Origin: a virus
Lineage: Duplodnaviria > Caudoviricetes
Length of the DNA stretch: 64,000 nucleotides
Strand: one strand, 5' to 3'
IMG/VR virus record: IMGVR_UViG_3300028797_002495
Span: 1 to 64,000 of that record
Shown here: in pieces, positions 21,814 through 32,002 of the stretch
Position numbering within the stretch: the first letter of the stretch is position 1
How the letters are laid out: every line of letters begins with the position of its first letter
Program-made: the position numbers and the translations under genes
The notes under the pieces: generated by a model
The model's database searches: none
What the model was told of the DNA's origin: nothing
What the model saw: only the letters and a program-made list of their open reading frames with translations

Positions 21814-22240
21814 ATTTATTAAAAAATTCATTGAAATACGTAAGCGTCGTAAGGCGAAACCTATGGGGACTACAATTATTGTAGAAAAAGATACTAACCC
21901 ATTAGATGTAGATCTTGTAGACGACAATTTAAATACTAAAGACAAAAAGAAATTAAGACAATATACAAAATGTCTTGTAACAGCTCTTACCATTATGGCG
22001 TGTATATGGATAACTATTAGTTATATCTACGCTGGTATAGGGCTGTTTTTATATGGTAATCCAGAGGTGTTAATTGAACTCTCTAAACAAGTATGTGTGA
22101 CTATACTAGGAGTTACTATCTCCTATTGTATAAAAGCTTACATGGAAAGTTATAGTGAGGCAAAACATCTTGAGGATATGGCAAAAATAGAACAGCCATT
22201 GATTCCTACTAGTGAGGAAGACGATGACGCTGTCGGATAA
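21806..22240 (+). CDS. Two-TM membrane protein (holin-like)
   Basis: Two hydrophobic stretches, basic N-terminus and acidic C-terminus. Confidence 0.5.
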   Translation: MIRFIKKFIEIRKRRKAKPMGTTIIVEKDTNPLDVDLVDDNLNTKDKKKLRQYTKCLVTALTIMACIWITISYIYAGIGLFLYGNPEVLIELSKQVCVTILGVTISYCIKAYMESYSEAKHLEDMAKIEQPLIPTSEEDDDAVG

Positions 22241-22252
22241 TGAAATGAGGAT

Positions 22253-22612
22253 TTGATTATGATAAACACAATTATATCACTTTGGTATGTATGGGTAACT
22301 GTTTTAGCAATAGGTCTTGTTTGTGGATATAACGTAAAGACATTCTTAGAGAAGCCTCATGGTGCTCAGATACAAGTAATCAAAGACTGGGCGGTTGGTG
22401 CTTTAGTTGAAGCAATTGCTGCTTGGGGTGCGGATGCTGATGCAGATGTTGTATTACGTGAAGCTTATTCCGCTTTTATAAAAATGTTTCCTGTATTTGC
22501 AAAATATGTGTCATATGAGCAATTTAAAGGATGGACTGTTAAATCATTAGAAAAAGCAAAAGAGATTATAGAGAACGAGCCTGTTGTTAAGGCTTATGTT
22601 AACGGAGAATAA
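22253..22612 (+). CDS. Putative holin (LL-H-like single-TM type)
   Basis: N-terminal TM followed by IKDWAVGALVEA...VYSAF...F..W..K.LE pattern. Confidence 0.5.
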   Translation: MIMINTIISLWYVWVTVLAIGLVCGYNVKTFLEKPHGAQIQVIKDWAVGALVEAIAAWGADADADVVLREAYSAFIKMFPVFAKYVSYEQFKGWTVKSLEKAKEIIENEPVVKAYVNGE

Positions 22613-22614
22613 AC

Positions 22615-23211
22615 ATGACAATTTGGATGAATTACGACAAGTCGTTAATTATTACCAAATATAATATCATTAGACAAGATGATAGTGATGTTCCGCAGAT
22701 TATGTATTTTCTTTTTCCAACAGAATATAATGGCACGGATTTGACTGGTTTTACAGCAAATCTTTTTTATCAGATTCCTAATGGAGATGTGTTTAACGTG
22801 CCATTGGTTTGCGACGAAGAATTATATAAGAATCATATAAGATTTACTATGCCGTCTGCTCAAGACTTTACTAAATTTGGTGGTCAAGTTGCTATGAAAA
22901 TAATTTTAAATAAAGTAATTGATGAAACTATTTTCACTCTTACTACTGGCGAAGTATTTGTAGACATATTAGGAAATCCTGATTATTACATCGATCCTAC
23001 TCCGGGAACAATCGATCATATTGAAGAAGAAATAGCCGCTATTAATGCAAAACTTAGCACTATGGCAGATGATATTTCTCTTAATTCTATTACTAATGAG
23101 TTATATCTTACAAATGCTGGATTGCCCGTTGGAACTCCTATTACTATGGAAGACCTTGGTGATGCACTTGTTAATGCGAATGATGAAGGTTTGAATAGAG
23201 TTATTTTATAA
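22615..23211 (+). CDS. BppU-like baseplate/fibre anchor protein
   Basis: Ig-like N-terminal fold pattern (IIRQDD...FTKFGGQV), located at the start of the fibre cluster. Confidence 0.45.
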   Translation: MTIWMNYDKSLIITKYNIIRQDDSDVPQIMYFLFPTEYNGTDLTGFTANLFYQIPNGDVFNVPLVCDEELYKNHIRFTMPSAQDFTKFGGQVAMKIILNKVIDETIFTLTTGEVFVDILGNPDYYIDPTPGTIDHIEEEIAAINAKLSTMADDISLNSITNELYLTNAGLPVGTPITMEDLGDALVNANDEGLNRVIL

Positions 23212-23222
23212 GGAGGATATGT

Positions 23223-23534
23223 ATGGCTAGAGAAGACAGAGTTAAATTTGCATATCTAACTTATGATGATATGATGGATAAACTTCAAGAGGGAGAGTTA
23301 AATCAATATGACAGAATTATTGTTACAGATAGAAATCATTCAGAGTATGTAATATCTCCTTTATTAGAAGCTGTTCCGATGACGGCTTTAGAAGACGATC
23401 CTACTGTTCCTGATTGGGCAAAAAGTTTAACTAAACCAGCCTATACTGCCGACGAAGTTGGTGCGGTAGATGCTGATAATGAATTAAGTTTTGCGGCAAT
23501 AGATGCAATGTTTAGTGCTGTATTTGGAGGATAA
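23223..23534 (+). CDS. Hypothetical fibre-associated protein
   Basis: Contains EDDPTVPDWAK..KPAYTADEVGA, a motif recurrent in phage fibre proteins. Confidence 0.5.
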   Translation: MAREDRVKFAYLTYDDMMDKLQEGELNQYDRIIVTDRNHSEYVISPLLEAVPMTALEDDPTVPDWAKSLTKPAYTADEVGAVDADNELSFAAIDAMFSAVFGG

Positions 23535-23537
23535 AAA

Positions 23538-24191
23538 ATGTCTAATATATATTATGTTGGTAATACAGATACCTTATATATTTTAAATAAATTAAAGGCA
23601 GTATTAGATGGAACTAATGGGTTTACTCCCGGTTATGTACAAAAAGTACCTGGCAAGCAACTTTCAACGGAAGATTTCACAACTGCTCTTTTGACAAAAT
23701 TAAATGGTATTTCAGATAGTGCTGATGCTGTTTCGTGGAATCAGATATCACAAACTGGAACGAAAGTTGCTGAAATTACAATTAATGGAACTACTACAGA
23801 TATTTATGTTCCTGCCTCATCAACCATTACAATGGATACTGAAATGAGCGATAGTTCTGAAAATGCAGTTCAGAATAAAGTAATTAAAGAATATGTTGAT
23901 GCGGCTGTTGGTTCTGTTGTAGAAATAGAATTCAGAGTTGTACAAACTCTTCCTGCCGAAGGAGAAAACGGTGTTATTTATCTTGTCCCTAATGGTGGTT
24001 CTGGTACAAACGTTAAGGATGAATATGTATGGATTCCTGGAACTGGTGGAGCGTCAGGCTCTTGGGAAAAAATTGGAAGTACAGACGTAGATTTGTCTGG
24101 TTATGTTCAGACATCAGATTTAGTTGAAGTCTCAACTTCTGATATTGATAGTATGTTTAATACGGTCTTTGGACCAGTAGTTAGTTTATAA
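23538..24191 (+). CDS. Fibre/whisker protein
   Basis: VQKVPGKQLSTEDFT..L.KL and VVQTLP..GENGVIYLVP...DEYVW...WEKIGSTDVDLSGY motifs. Confidence 0.6.
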   Translation: MSNIYYVGNTDTLYILNKLKAVLDGTNGFTPGYVQKVPGKQLSTEDFTTALLTKLNGISDSADAVSWNQISQTGTKVAEITINGTTTDIYVPASSTITMDTEMSDSSENAVQNKVIKEYVDAAVGSVVEIEFRVVQTLPAEGENGVIYLVPNGGSGTNVKDEYVWIPGTGGASGSWEKIGSTDVDLSGYVQTSDLVEVSTSDIDSMFNTVFGPVVSL

Positions 24192-24218
24192 ATTTATATT
24201 ATTTTAGGAGGATAAATC

Positions 24219-26675
24219 ATGAGTTTTGATTATTTTTCTAAACGCAGGATGCAATATATCCTCGAAAAATTAAAAACTATTTTTGATACAAAGGCAGATG
24301 TTTCAGATTTGCCAACGGTTAATGATGGCGTATTAACTATTCAAAAAAATGGTACTACGGTACAAACTTTTAATGCTAATTCAAGTAGTAATGTGAACGC
24401 AAATATATCTGTACCAGATATCTTAGTTGGAACTTCAGATCCTTCAAATAATCTTGGTAAAGATTCTGATATATATGTAAAAGTATCAATAGCGGATTTT
24501 GGAAAAAGCTTCACAATACGTACAACTTCAACTGGCATGGAAAGTGCTAGTATTGCCGTTGATACTGTAATAGAAGGAGTTGTAACAAAAACAGATAGTA
24601 TTCATTATAGAAGTCCTTATAAAACTTATTCAGATTTTTCTACTTCTTATGGTGGTGGACAATGGAGTGTTACCATTACTTCTAATAATGTTTCTAATCG
24701 CACACAAGGACAAGTTATATCATGGAGCTATACAACGTCTACTAATTTTACTTTAACAATAAACGCTCCTGTTGTTTATGCTACATTTGTAAAAAGTAGG
24801 GGGATATGGATAAAAACAACAGACGTTCCCATTAGTACTTTTGCTGATTTAACAGATACGGCATTTAATAATTTACAAAATGGTCAAGTTGCAATATACA
24901 ACAATACAACAGGTAAGTGGGAAAATCAGAATCTTCCTAGCAGTACTGATATATTTACAATTACACTAACAGTAAGCGAAGACCCTCAAACGGGTGAAGT
25001 TACTTTTACTCCAGACAAATTGCCGTCTGAAGTTATTGCTGCAAAGAATAATGGGAACATTATACGACTAGTTACAACAGATACGGCAGATTATTATTTT
25101 GATTTAAGTGCTGATTATGTTGGTGTAGAAGATACCGAATTTATATTTACTTGTATTCATTATACTAGTTCAGATTATCGAATGTTATCTTCTGGGTTTA
25201 TATTTATAAAAGATGAAAATTCAGATACGTGGGCAAGTATTGAGGCGGTTAGCTCGGAGGCTAGTGAGTCTTTAATTATTGAAATGGAAGAAAATAGCGG
25301 AGCATATAGTTGTGATGTGAGTTTTAGCACACTTGATGAAGCCTATTGGCATTCCGTTGACATGGTTATAGATTTTAATAAAGAAATCTTTAGACTTGCA
25401 AAATATGATAGTTCAGAGGATACATTCTACTTTTCTAACACTATAGCAGATTCTAATGGAATTACGACTAAAACGTTTGTCATGGTTGGTGATGAGAGTG
25501 AAAACGAGTGGACAAGTATCTCTTTAGTAGAGTCTAGTGGTGGCGACCCTAATGCTATTAAGTGGTCCGAAGCCAAGACAAGTGTAAAGAAAAATTATTC
25601 ATTACCAATAAACAACTGTACTGTAAACGGTGTAACATTTACAACAGACACTAAAGGTGTAATAAATGCTAATGGTACTGCATCATCATCTGGTGGAAGA
25701 TTAAATGCGGTTAGCAATTCGTTTATGTTGCCTGCGGGGGAATATTTATTAAGTTCAGAAATTAGTGATTCTAATATAACAGATTCACTATTAACTGCTG
25801 TAATAATGAGGGCAAGTGATAATTCCGTTATACGTAATGCTGTCGATAAAAGAATTCCGTTTATATTATCTGAAGATACTTTGTGTTTTATGGGAATAAA
25901 TGTTACCCAAAATACTGTGTATACAAATGTAAAGATTAAATATATGATACGTTTATCATCAGTTGCTGATGATACATACGTACCGTATATACCCGATAAC
26001 ACAGAATTAATGGATTGGAAGAGCAACAGTGTTCTTGGGGCAAAGAATCTAATCAATTCTGGTTTTGATTCATGGACATTTAATGCTAATGAAGATTTTA
26101 GTAAAATCGTAGGTTCTTTATATCTTAATGTTGGAGATAAAATAACGTTCTCTGCAAATCAGAATAATGCATTGACTAGTAATACGAGGAATCTTTTGCG
26201 AATTTTAAAACCTAATAATGAATACGCATATGAACCAGATTCTGTTACTACCAATTATCATTTAGCAGCTGGACTTCATAAAATGGAATTTACTGCGACT
26301 GTTGCAGGTACACATAGTTTTGTTATTTGGGTTCATACACCAAATGTAAATGTTACATACAGTCAATTTATGGTTCGTCTAGCATCAGATACAGATGATA
26401 CTTATCAGCTTTTTGCAATGACTAATCGTCAGCTTACGGCAAAAGTAGAAGACCTAGACTACCACCTTGACCAAACAGCGACCACATCTACGACAGACCC
26501 CACAACGTATACATTTACAGATGCAAGAATAACATCTAATAGTGTAATAGATGTATATGCAGATATTTTCGGAGTATCACCTTCATCGGTAGCGGCTTCA
26601 GCAGGAACATGTACAGTAACATTCCCTAAACAGGACTCAGCTCAGTCTATGACCTGTAGGATTTATATTAAATAA
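24219..26675 (+). CDS. Tail fibre / receptor-binding protein
   Basis: 818 aa and S/T-rich. NDGVLTIQKNG and GTSDPSNNLGKDSDIY motifs. The C-terminal domain ends MTCRIYIK. Confidence 0.65.
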   Translation: MSFDYFSKRRMQYILEKLKTIFDTKADVSDLPTVNDGVLTIQKNGTTVQTFNANSSSNVNANISVPDILVGTSDPSNNLGKDSDIYVKVSIADFGKSFTIRTTSTGMESASIAVDTVIEGVVTKTDSIHYRSPYKTYSDFSTSYGGGQWSVTITSNNVSNRTQGQVISWSYTTSTNFTLTINAPVVYATFVKSRGIWIKTTDVPISTFADLTDTAFNNLQNGQVAIYNNTTGKWENQNLPSSTDIFTITLTVSEDPQTGEVTFTPDKLPSEVIAAKNNGNIIRLVTTDTADYYFDLSADYVGVEDTEFIFTCIHYTSSDYRMLSSGFIFIKDENSDTWASIEAVSSEASESLIIEMEENSGAYSCDVSFSTLDEAYWHSVDMVIDFNKEIFRLAKYDSSEDTFYFSNTIADSNGITTKTFVMVGDESENEWTSISLVESSGGDPNAIKWSEAKTSVKKNYSLPINNCTVNGVTFTTDTKGVINANGTASSSGGRLNAVSNSFMLPAGEYLLSSEISDSNITDSLLTAVIMRASDNSVIRNAVDKRIPFILSEDTLCFMGINVTQNTVYTNVKIKYMIRLSSVADDTYVPYIPDNTELMDWKSNSVLGAKNLINSGFDSWTFNANEDFSKIVGSLYLNVGDKITFSANQNNALTSNTRNLLRILKPNNEYAYEPDSVTTNYHLAAGLHKMEFTATVAGTHSFVIWVHTPNVNVTYSQFMVRLASDTDDTYQLFAMTNRQLTAKVEDLDYHLDQTATTSTTDPTTYTFTDARITSNSVIDVYADIFGVSPSSVAASAGTCTVTFPKQDSAQSMTCRIYIK

Positions 26676-26686
26676 GGAGGCTTAAT

Positions 26687-26983
26687 ATGTATTATTATGT
26701 AGTTATACAGGACTTAGAGGATGGTACTTCTCCTATGTCCGTTACAACCAGACCCACATATGATGAGGCTGACGCACAGCTTCACTATGATATGTGGTAT
26801 GCGAAGAGTAACACAGAAACATTCAAATCTATCAAGTGTCTTATCCTGAACGAGCAGGCTAACACGGTAAAGATGGATAAATGGAATAAACCTCTTCCTC
26901 CTCCGGAGATCATAGAGGAGCCCGTTGAGGATGAAACAGAAGAACCGGTAGAAGAGATCGAAGAGAACGTAGAGGAGGGATAG
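26687..26983 (+). CDS. Hypothetical protein with acidic tail
   Basis: GGAGG RBS, 98 aa. Confidence 0.6.
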   Translation: MYYYVVIQDLEDGTSPMSVTTRPTYDEADAQLHYDMWYAKSNTETFKSIKCLILNEQANTVKMDKWNKPLPPPEIIEEPVEDETEEPVEEIEENVEEG

Positions 26984-26986
26984 CCT

Positions 26987-27958
26987 ATGCCTTTCTATAG
27001 ATGTATGCCTCCAGCAAGCTCCGGTGGTGGAGGAGGCGGTGGTGATGGCTGTGAACATATAACGTATACTTATAATGGTCAAGAACATGAGGTCTATTTT
27101 TCACCATCAGACACGCTTACAAACCTTACAGATAATCAATTTGGAAACAACTATACATTTAATAGTCCAATTACTATTGGAGATCATATATTAAGTGCAG
27201 CAGGATTGTTTAAATTATGTAGAAATTTTAATTCAACAATTGATTTATCTAATGCTGTGAATCTTATAAGTGTTTATTCAATGCTATATCACTGCAGTAA
27301 TTACAACTTGCCTATTATCTTTCCTTATGGATCTATAAATAATTATAGCTCTATGCTTAGTAATGCATATAATTATGATCGGGCTATCAATTTTTTAATC
27401 GGGCTTAATAGTTCAACTTATACTTCAATAAATCAGGCTTTAGAAAATTGTTTTAATTTTAATTCTAAAATAACATTTACAATGTTTAATAATTTAACAA
27501 ATACACATTATACAGGAATGTTAAGAAATGCACATTCTTTTAATCAGCCATTAATTTTAAAACAGGCTTTTACTTGTGATAGCATTTTAAGAGATGCCAC
27601 TAGTATGAGTTGTCCAATAATAATTGATTTAATTTATCGACAAATTAATATAGGGTCTAATATATTAAATAATTCCTTAGTAAATACTGTGATTATATTA
27701 AATTACAACAATCATCAATGCTCTTGGTTTGGGTCTGTTGATGATATGAAATATTATGTAAGTGATCCAGATATATTTATAAACAAGTGTTCTAGACTTC
27801 ATAAAAATATAAATAAATTAAATTTTGAAGAAACTACAAATGGATATAGGAGCATCGATGAAGGAATTAATGTATATGTTTTGAATAATGTTGGAGATGC
27901 TTGTAATGAATTCAATAATGTTTGGTATAACTACTATAATGAATACCCGATTTATTAG
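26987..27958 (+). CDS. BspA/DUF285-like repeat protein, paralog 1
   Basis: Starts MPFYRC, then a poly-Gly linker. About 26-residue (F/Y)N(Q/S/L)(P/K/T)I repeats. Ends YYNEYPIY. Confidence 0.6.
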   Translation: MPFYRCMPPASSGGGGGGGDGCEHITYTYNGQEHEVYFSPSDTLTNLTDNQFGNNYTFNSPITIGDHILSAAGLFKLCRNFNSTIDLSNAVNLISVYSMLYHCSNYNLPIIFPYGSINNYSSMLSNAYNYDRAINFLIGLNSSTYTSINQALENCFNFNSKITFTMFNNLTNTHYTGMLRNAHSFNQPLILKQAFTCDSILRDATSMSCPIIIDLIYRQINIGSNILNNSLVNTVIILNYNNHQCSWFGSVDDMKYYVSDPDIFINKCSRLHKNINKLNFEETTNGYRSIDEGINVYVLNNVGDACNEFNNVWYNYYNEYPIY

Positions 27959-27969
27959 GAGAAATTATT

Positions 27970-28935
27970 ATGCCATTTTATAGATGTATGCCTAGAAGTT
28001 CAGGAAACAATGGCGACCATTGTGGACATATAACTATTAATTATATTAATGAACAATATGAAGTTCCATTATTTTCAAATGTACCAATATATAATATGTC
28101 TATGGGAGAGTGTGAAGATAATGTTACATTTAATTGCCCCATCAATATAGGAAGCGCAATGAAAAGTGCTGAAAACTTATTACAATATTATAATAATTTT
28201 AATTCATATATAAATATGCAAAATGCAGATAATTTAAGGTCTGTAGCAAATATGATTTATTTATGTAATAATTATAATCAACCCACAATTTTTCCTAAAA
28301 ATATATATAATTATTATATGTCGCTTAGACGTTGTAGAACATATAATCAACCCACAGAAATATTCATAAATTGTCCAGATTCAGCAGAAGCTAATTTGGC
28401 AGGAATGTTTATGGAATCAAGTTCTATAAATTCTAAAATTACTATATCTTTACAATCTGAAAATTCAAGGAATTGTGATTATACTTCTTTTTTATATGGA
28501 GCAAGCTCATTTAATCAGCCGTTAATTTTAAAAGGTGTTACTGGATTAAATTTTACATTAAATAGCGCAAACAATATGAATTGCCCCATAGTAGTTGATT
28601 TTTCAACAAAATATCCAAATTTAACAACTGGTAATAATACTCTTTGGGGGGCAAGAGTTGATAATATAATTGTATTAAATTATGTTAATCAAGCGATAAA
28701 GTGGGATGGAACTCTTCAAGATGTAACATTCTATGTAAATGATCCATACACGTTTGTAAATAGATGTACTAGATTATATAGACAGGGAGTGGATAAATAT
28801 AGTTATATTCCAATAGAAAATGGATTGCAAGCGGATGTAAGGTACAATATTAGAGTTTTATATAATGTTTCAGATGGATTAAATTATTTCAACAATGTTT
28901 GGCATAGTTACTACAACGAATATCCTGAATATTAA
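27970..28935 (+). CDS. BspA/DUF285-like repeat protein, paralog 2
   Basis: Starts MPFYRC, has YNQP/FNQP repeats, ends YYNEYPEY. Confidence 0.6.
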   Translation: MPFYRCMPRSSGNNGDHCGHITINYINEQYEVPLFSNVPIYNMSMGECEDNVTFNCPINIGSAMKSAENLLQYYNNFNSYINMQNADNLRSVANMIYLCNNYNQPTIFPKNIYNYYMSLRRCRTYNQPTEIFINCPDSAEANLAGMFMESSSINSKITISLQSENSRNCDYTSFLYGASSFNQPLILKGVTGLNFTLNSANNMNCPIVVDFSTKYPNLTTGNNTLWGARVDNIIVLNYVNQAIKWDGTLQDVTFYVNDPYTFVNRCTRLYRQGVDKYSYIPIENGLQADVRYNIRVLYNVSDGLNYFNNVWHSYYNEYPEY

Positions 28936-28962
28936 GAGGGCGAATAAAATCGCCCTCTTTTT
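28934..28962 (+). terminator. Rho-independent terminator
   Basis: AAGAGGGCGA-ATAAAA-TCGCCCTCTT followed by a T run. Confidence 0.8.
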
Positions 28963-29074
28963 ATAAAATTGATATATCTGTGTTCGTATTGAGGTGATTA
29001 TGGATTTTATACATTAATAATTATTTAGATTTGGCATATAAAAAGATATTTTTTATATATTTAGGAGAAAATAT

Positions 29075-29473
29075 ATGAGTTACATAAAACATTTTGTGCC
29101 GACCTATGAAAATGGTTGGCAGAGTTCTCCCGCAACTACTACTCCAATATCGGCAACTGCTTTAAATAATTATGATGATGCAATTGAATATATTGAAGAT
29201 TATTTAGAAGATGCGGAATTGTTAGATAAAGAAGCTGCTGATGAGATTTATATACAAAATAAATCTTTTTCATTAACTAAAGTGTTAAGTACTGCTACTG
29301 ATACAACCTACACTTTTAGTAACAATGCAATTACTGTTGACAGTACTATTGATGTGTACACGAGTATAAATATGAATTATAAATCTATGAATATTAGTGC
29401 TGGAGAATGTATTGTTGTATATCCCAAACAAGACGAAGCAGTTTCTATGACATGTAAAATTTATATTAAATAA
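29075..29473 (+). CDS. Short fibre protein duplicating the C-terminal domain of 24219-26675
   Basis: TYTFSNNAITVDSTIDVY...PKQDEAVSMTCKIYIK versus TYTFTDARITSNSVIDVY...PKQDSAQSMTCRIYIK. Confidence 0.65.
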   Translation: MSYIKHFVPTYENGWQSSPATTTPISATALNNYDDAIEYIEDYLEDAELLDKEAADEIYIQNKSFSLTKVLSTATDTTYTFSNNAITVDSTIDVYTSINMNYKSMNISAGECIVVYPKQDEAVSMTCKIYIK

Positions 29474-29487
29474 CGGAGGAAATAATC

Positions 29488-30573
29488 ATGCCATTTTATA
29501 GAAGCACCTTACAAGACACCAGTGGAGGTGGGGGTGGAGGAGGCGATGTTTGGGGAAGTATATATGTTAAATACGAAAGCATAGATGATTATTTTACCCA
29601 AAATCCTCCACAAATATCTTTAGGAAATAATAGAATATTTGCTTCATTGAACAACATAGAAAATGCAAGCGCACTAACAGAAATAAAATTTGGAAATGGA
29701 GTTAATGCGATTTCTAGTGTTTTTTATGGATATTCATATTTTAATTGTCCTATTAATTTATTTAATACTTTTTCATTGACTTATGCAATATCTTGTGTGG
29801 GAAATTGTTTTAATTATAATTCACAAATTGAATTTCCCAATTTTATACAATGCCCTCCACATACGCAATATTCTAGTTATGTCAATATAGCGTATAACTG
29901 GATATTTGCAAATTGTAATAATTATAATCAGCCCACGACAATTAGAATTCATGCTCGTCCCGGAGACGACTCTTCTGATCTATATGGATATTTTGATGAT
30001 GTGTTTTATAATTGTAAAAATTTAAATTCTAAAATTATTTTTGATATATTTAAATATAATTATAACAATGAAATCTCAGATACTGAGATTCTTAATCATT
30101 CATTGTCTGATTTTTTTTGTGGGTGTTCAAATTTTAATCAACCCATGATATTTTATCCGGGAGCTAGTTTATATCGAACATTTTCTGGGTGTCATAATTA
30201 TAATCAGCCAGTAGTATGCGATTTTAGGAATAGTTATTTTGAGAGAATGTTTGATGGTGCAAATAATATGAGTTCAGATATTATATTCTTACATTCGAAT
30301 GATGAACAGTTATACTATCCTACGTTTAATGGAATGATTAGTAATATGAGTAGGGGAAATTCAATAAATATATATATATATAATATGACGAATATTAAGC
30401 AAGATAATATTGTAGCTAATGTTTCAGTCGTTCCTACTTGGACTGCTGTAACCAACGGCTTTTATAATTCAACATATAATATTTATCTATTAAATAATGT
30501 TGAAGACGCTTTAAATAATTTTAATAATTATTATCATAATTTTTATGGGGAATACCCTATATTTTTTGATTAA
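29488..30573 (+). CDS. BspA/DUF285-like repeat protein, paralog 3
   Basis: Starts MPFYRS with poly-Gly, has YNQP/FNQP repeats, ends FYGEYPIFFD. Confidence 0.6.
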   Translation: MPFYRSTLQDTSGGGGGGGDVWGSIYVKYESIDDYFTQNPPQISLGNNRIFASLNNIENASALTEIKFGNGVNAISSVFYGYSYFNCPINLFNTFSLTYAISCVGNCFNYNSQIEFPNFIQCPPHTQYSSYVNIAYNWIFANCNNYNQPTTIRIHARPGDDSSDLYGYFDDVFYNCKNLNSKIIFDIFKYNYNNEISDTEILNHSLSDFFCGCSNFNQPMIFYPGASLYRTFSGCHNYNQPVVCDFRNSYFERMFDGANNMSSDIIFLHSNDEQLYYPTFNGMISNMSRGNSINIYIYNMTNIKQDNIVANVSVVPTWTAVTNGFYNSTYNIYLLNNVEDALNNFNNYYHNFYGEYPIFFD

Positions 30574-30585
30574 AGGAGAAAAAGG

Positions 30586-31083
30586 ATGAAAATAACGGTA
30601 GGTATACCAGCTTATAAAGCAAAAGGACATATAGAAAATTGTTTATCTTCAATACAGATACAGACAATAAGAGATGAAGTTGAAGTAATAATTGCTTCAG
30701 ATTTTCCTGAAGATAATTATGAATATCTTAAAAATCTCTTTCCTGATTTAAATATTACAATACTTGAATGTGAAGAAAATACTGGTCCAGGATTGGCAAG
30801 ACAGAGAGCGCTTGACGCTTGCAAAACAGATTGGATTACATTTATTGATGCCGATGATTTATTTTATACTCCATTTGCCTTAGAGACATTAGGAGGAGCA
30901 ATCACTCCAGATTCAGTTGTTGTTCAAGGAGTTTTCTTACAAGAAGTTGATCCTAATCCACAAAAGATTAGAACTGTTCCTATAGACAATAAAAATCATC
31001 CATGGGTATTTGGAAGATTATATAATAAGAAATTTTTAGATGCTAATGAGATTGGTTTTTCTGAATTGAGAGCTATGGAGGAT
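30586..31083 (+). CDS. GT2 (GT-A) glycosyltransferase, exon 1
   Basis: ITVGIPAYKA, IIASD, NTGPGLARQ and FIDADD (DxD) motifs. Ends RAMED. Confidence 0.9.
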
Positions 31084-32002
31084 TGACTATTTACTAGTCC
31101 TCCCTAAACGATGTGAACGCTAACCAGCGGTGTGCGTAGATTAAAATTAATAACTACGTGCTAACGGCGAAACTCTAGACCAGACAACGCCGTGCTAAGA
31201 CTTTTCATCAATATAGTTATTCGAGGTGATAATGACTGGAATATACTGTATTGAAAACACTTTAAATCATAATAAATATATTGGACTATCTACTCAAATA
31301 GAAATTAGATGGCAAAATCATAAAAGATTATTAAAGCGAGGTAAGCATGAAAATGTTCATCTCCAAAATGCTTATAATAAATACGGAGACGTATTTATTT
31401 TTTATGTTATAGAAGAATGTAAACAAGAAGAACTTAATGAGCGAGAAAAGTATTGGATAAAATTTTATGATACTAAAAACCACGGCTACAACGAATCAGA
31501 AGGTGGCGGTGGTATTTTTAATCCTACAGATGACGTTAGAAGAAAAATATCTGAAGGATTAAAAGGCGAAAAGAATGGAATGTATGGAGTGCATCTTTGT
31601 GGGGAATTAAATCCTAATTATGGAAAACATCATTCTAAAGAAACTAGAAAAAAAATATCTGAACAAACAAAAAAGAGGATAGGAGAAAAAAGTAGTAGAG
31701 CAAGAAAAGTTCAAGCTTCAACTGGCGAAATTTTTAATGTAATGTTAGAGGCGGCTAAATGGGCTAATCTTAAAGATATTTCATCTATAGGCAAGGCTTG
31801 TAGAGGAATTGCAAAAACAGCTGGAAAACATCCTATTACTGGAGAAAAGATTAAATGGAAATATATTGATGAAAAGTAAAGTGTAACGACTATCCCCGAT
31901 GAATGTAAGGGAGTAGAATGTCTATTGGTACGACATTCGAAGTGCATCGCTACGAAAGTAGATGAAATAGTCTATTCCTTATGGGGACATAAGGTATTAA
32001 AG
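31084..32002 (+). mobile_element. Group I intron (919 nt) in the GT2 gene
   Basis: P1 GGAGGAT/GTCCTCC with a U.G pair at 31083/31097. P4-P6 CTAACGGCG...CGCCGTGCTAAG, R GTAACGACTATC, S GATGAAATAGTC, P9 CCTTATG-GGGA-CATAAGG, terminal G at 32002. Splicing gives MED|GEFNW. Confidence 0.9.
31232..31879 (+). CDS. Intron-encoded GIY-YIG homing endonuclease with NUMOD3-like repeats
   Basis: TGIYCIEN..NHNKYIG..RW..H motif and GEKNGMYG / GELNPNYGKHHSKETRKKIS repeats. Looped out by a perfect 16-bp stem ACTTTTCATCAATATA/TATATTGATGAAAAGT. Confidence 0.92.
   Translation: MTGIYCIENTLNHNKYIGLSTQIEIRWQNHKRLLKRGKHENVHLQNAYNKYGDVFIFYVIEECKQEELNEREKYWIKFYDTKNHGYNESEGGGGIFNPTDDVRRKISEGLKGEKNGMYGVHLCGELNPNYGKHHSKETRKKISEQTKKRIGEKSSRARKVQASTGEIFNVMLEAAKWANLKDISSIGKACRGIAKTAGKHPITGEKIKWKYIDEK

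Noticed and set aside
23691-23702. Fourth TTGACAAAATTA promoter
   Set aside because: It lies inside a CDS with no -10 at a 16-18 nt spacing, so it is probably chance.
28990-29020. GAGGTG RBS followed by ATG GAT TTT ATA CAT TAA
   Set aside because: Only 5 codons. It may be a gene remnant but there is no supporting evidence.
26987-30573. Diversity-generating retroelement acting on the Asn/Tyr-rich paralogs
   Set aside because: No reverse transcriptase or non-coding template repeat is in the window. The paralogs differ at synonymous and non-adenine positions, as expected for old duplicates. A DGR elsewhere in the genome cannot be excluded.
31925-32002. N-terminus of the ORF-track 223-aa protein
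   Set aside because: These codons are intron P8/S/P9 sequence; the real exon begins at 32003. The same applies to the TTG start at 44320 of nrdD exon 2.
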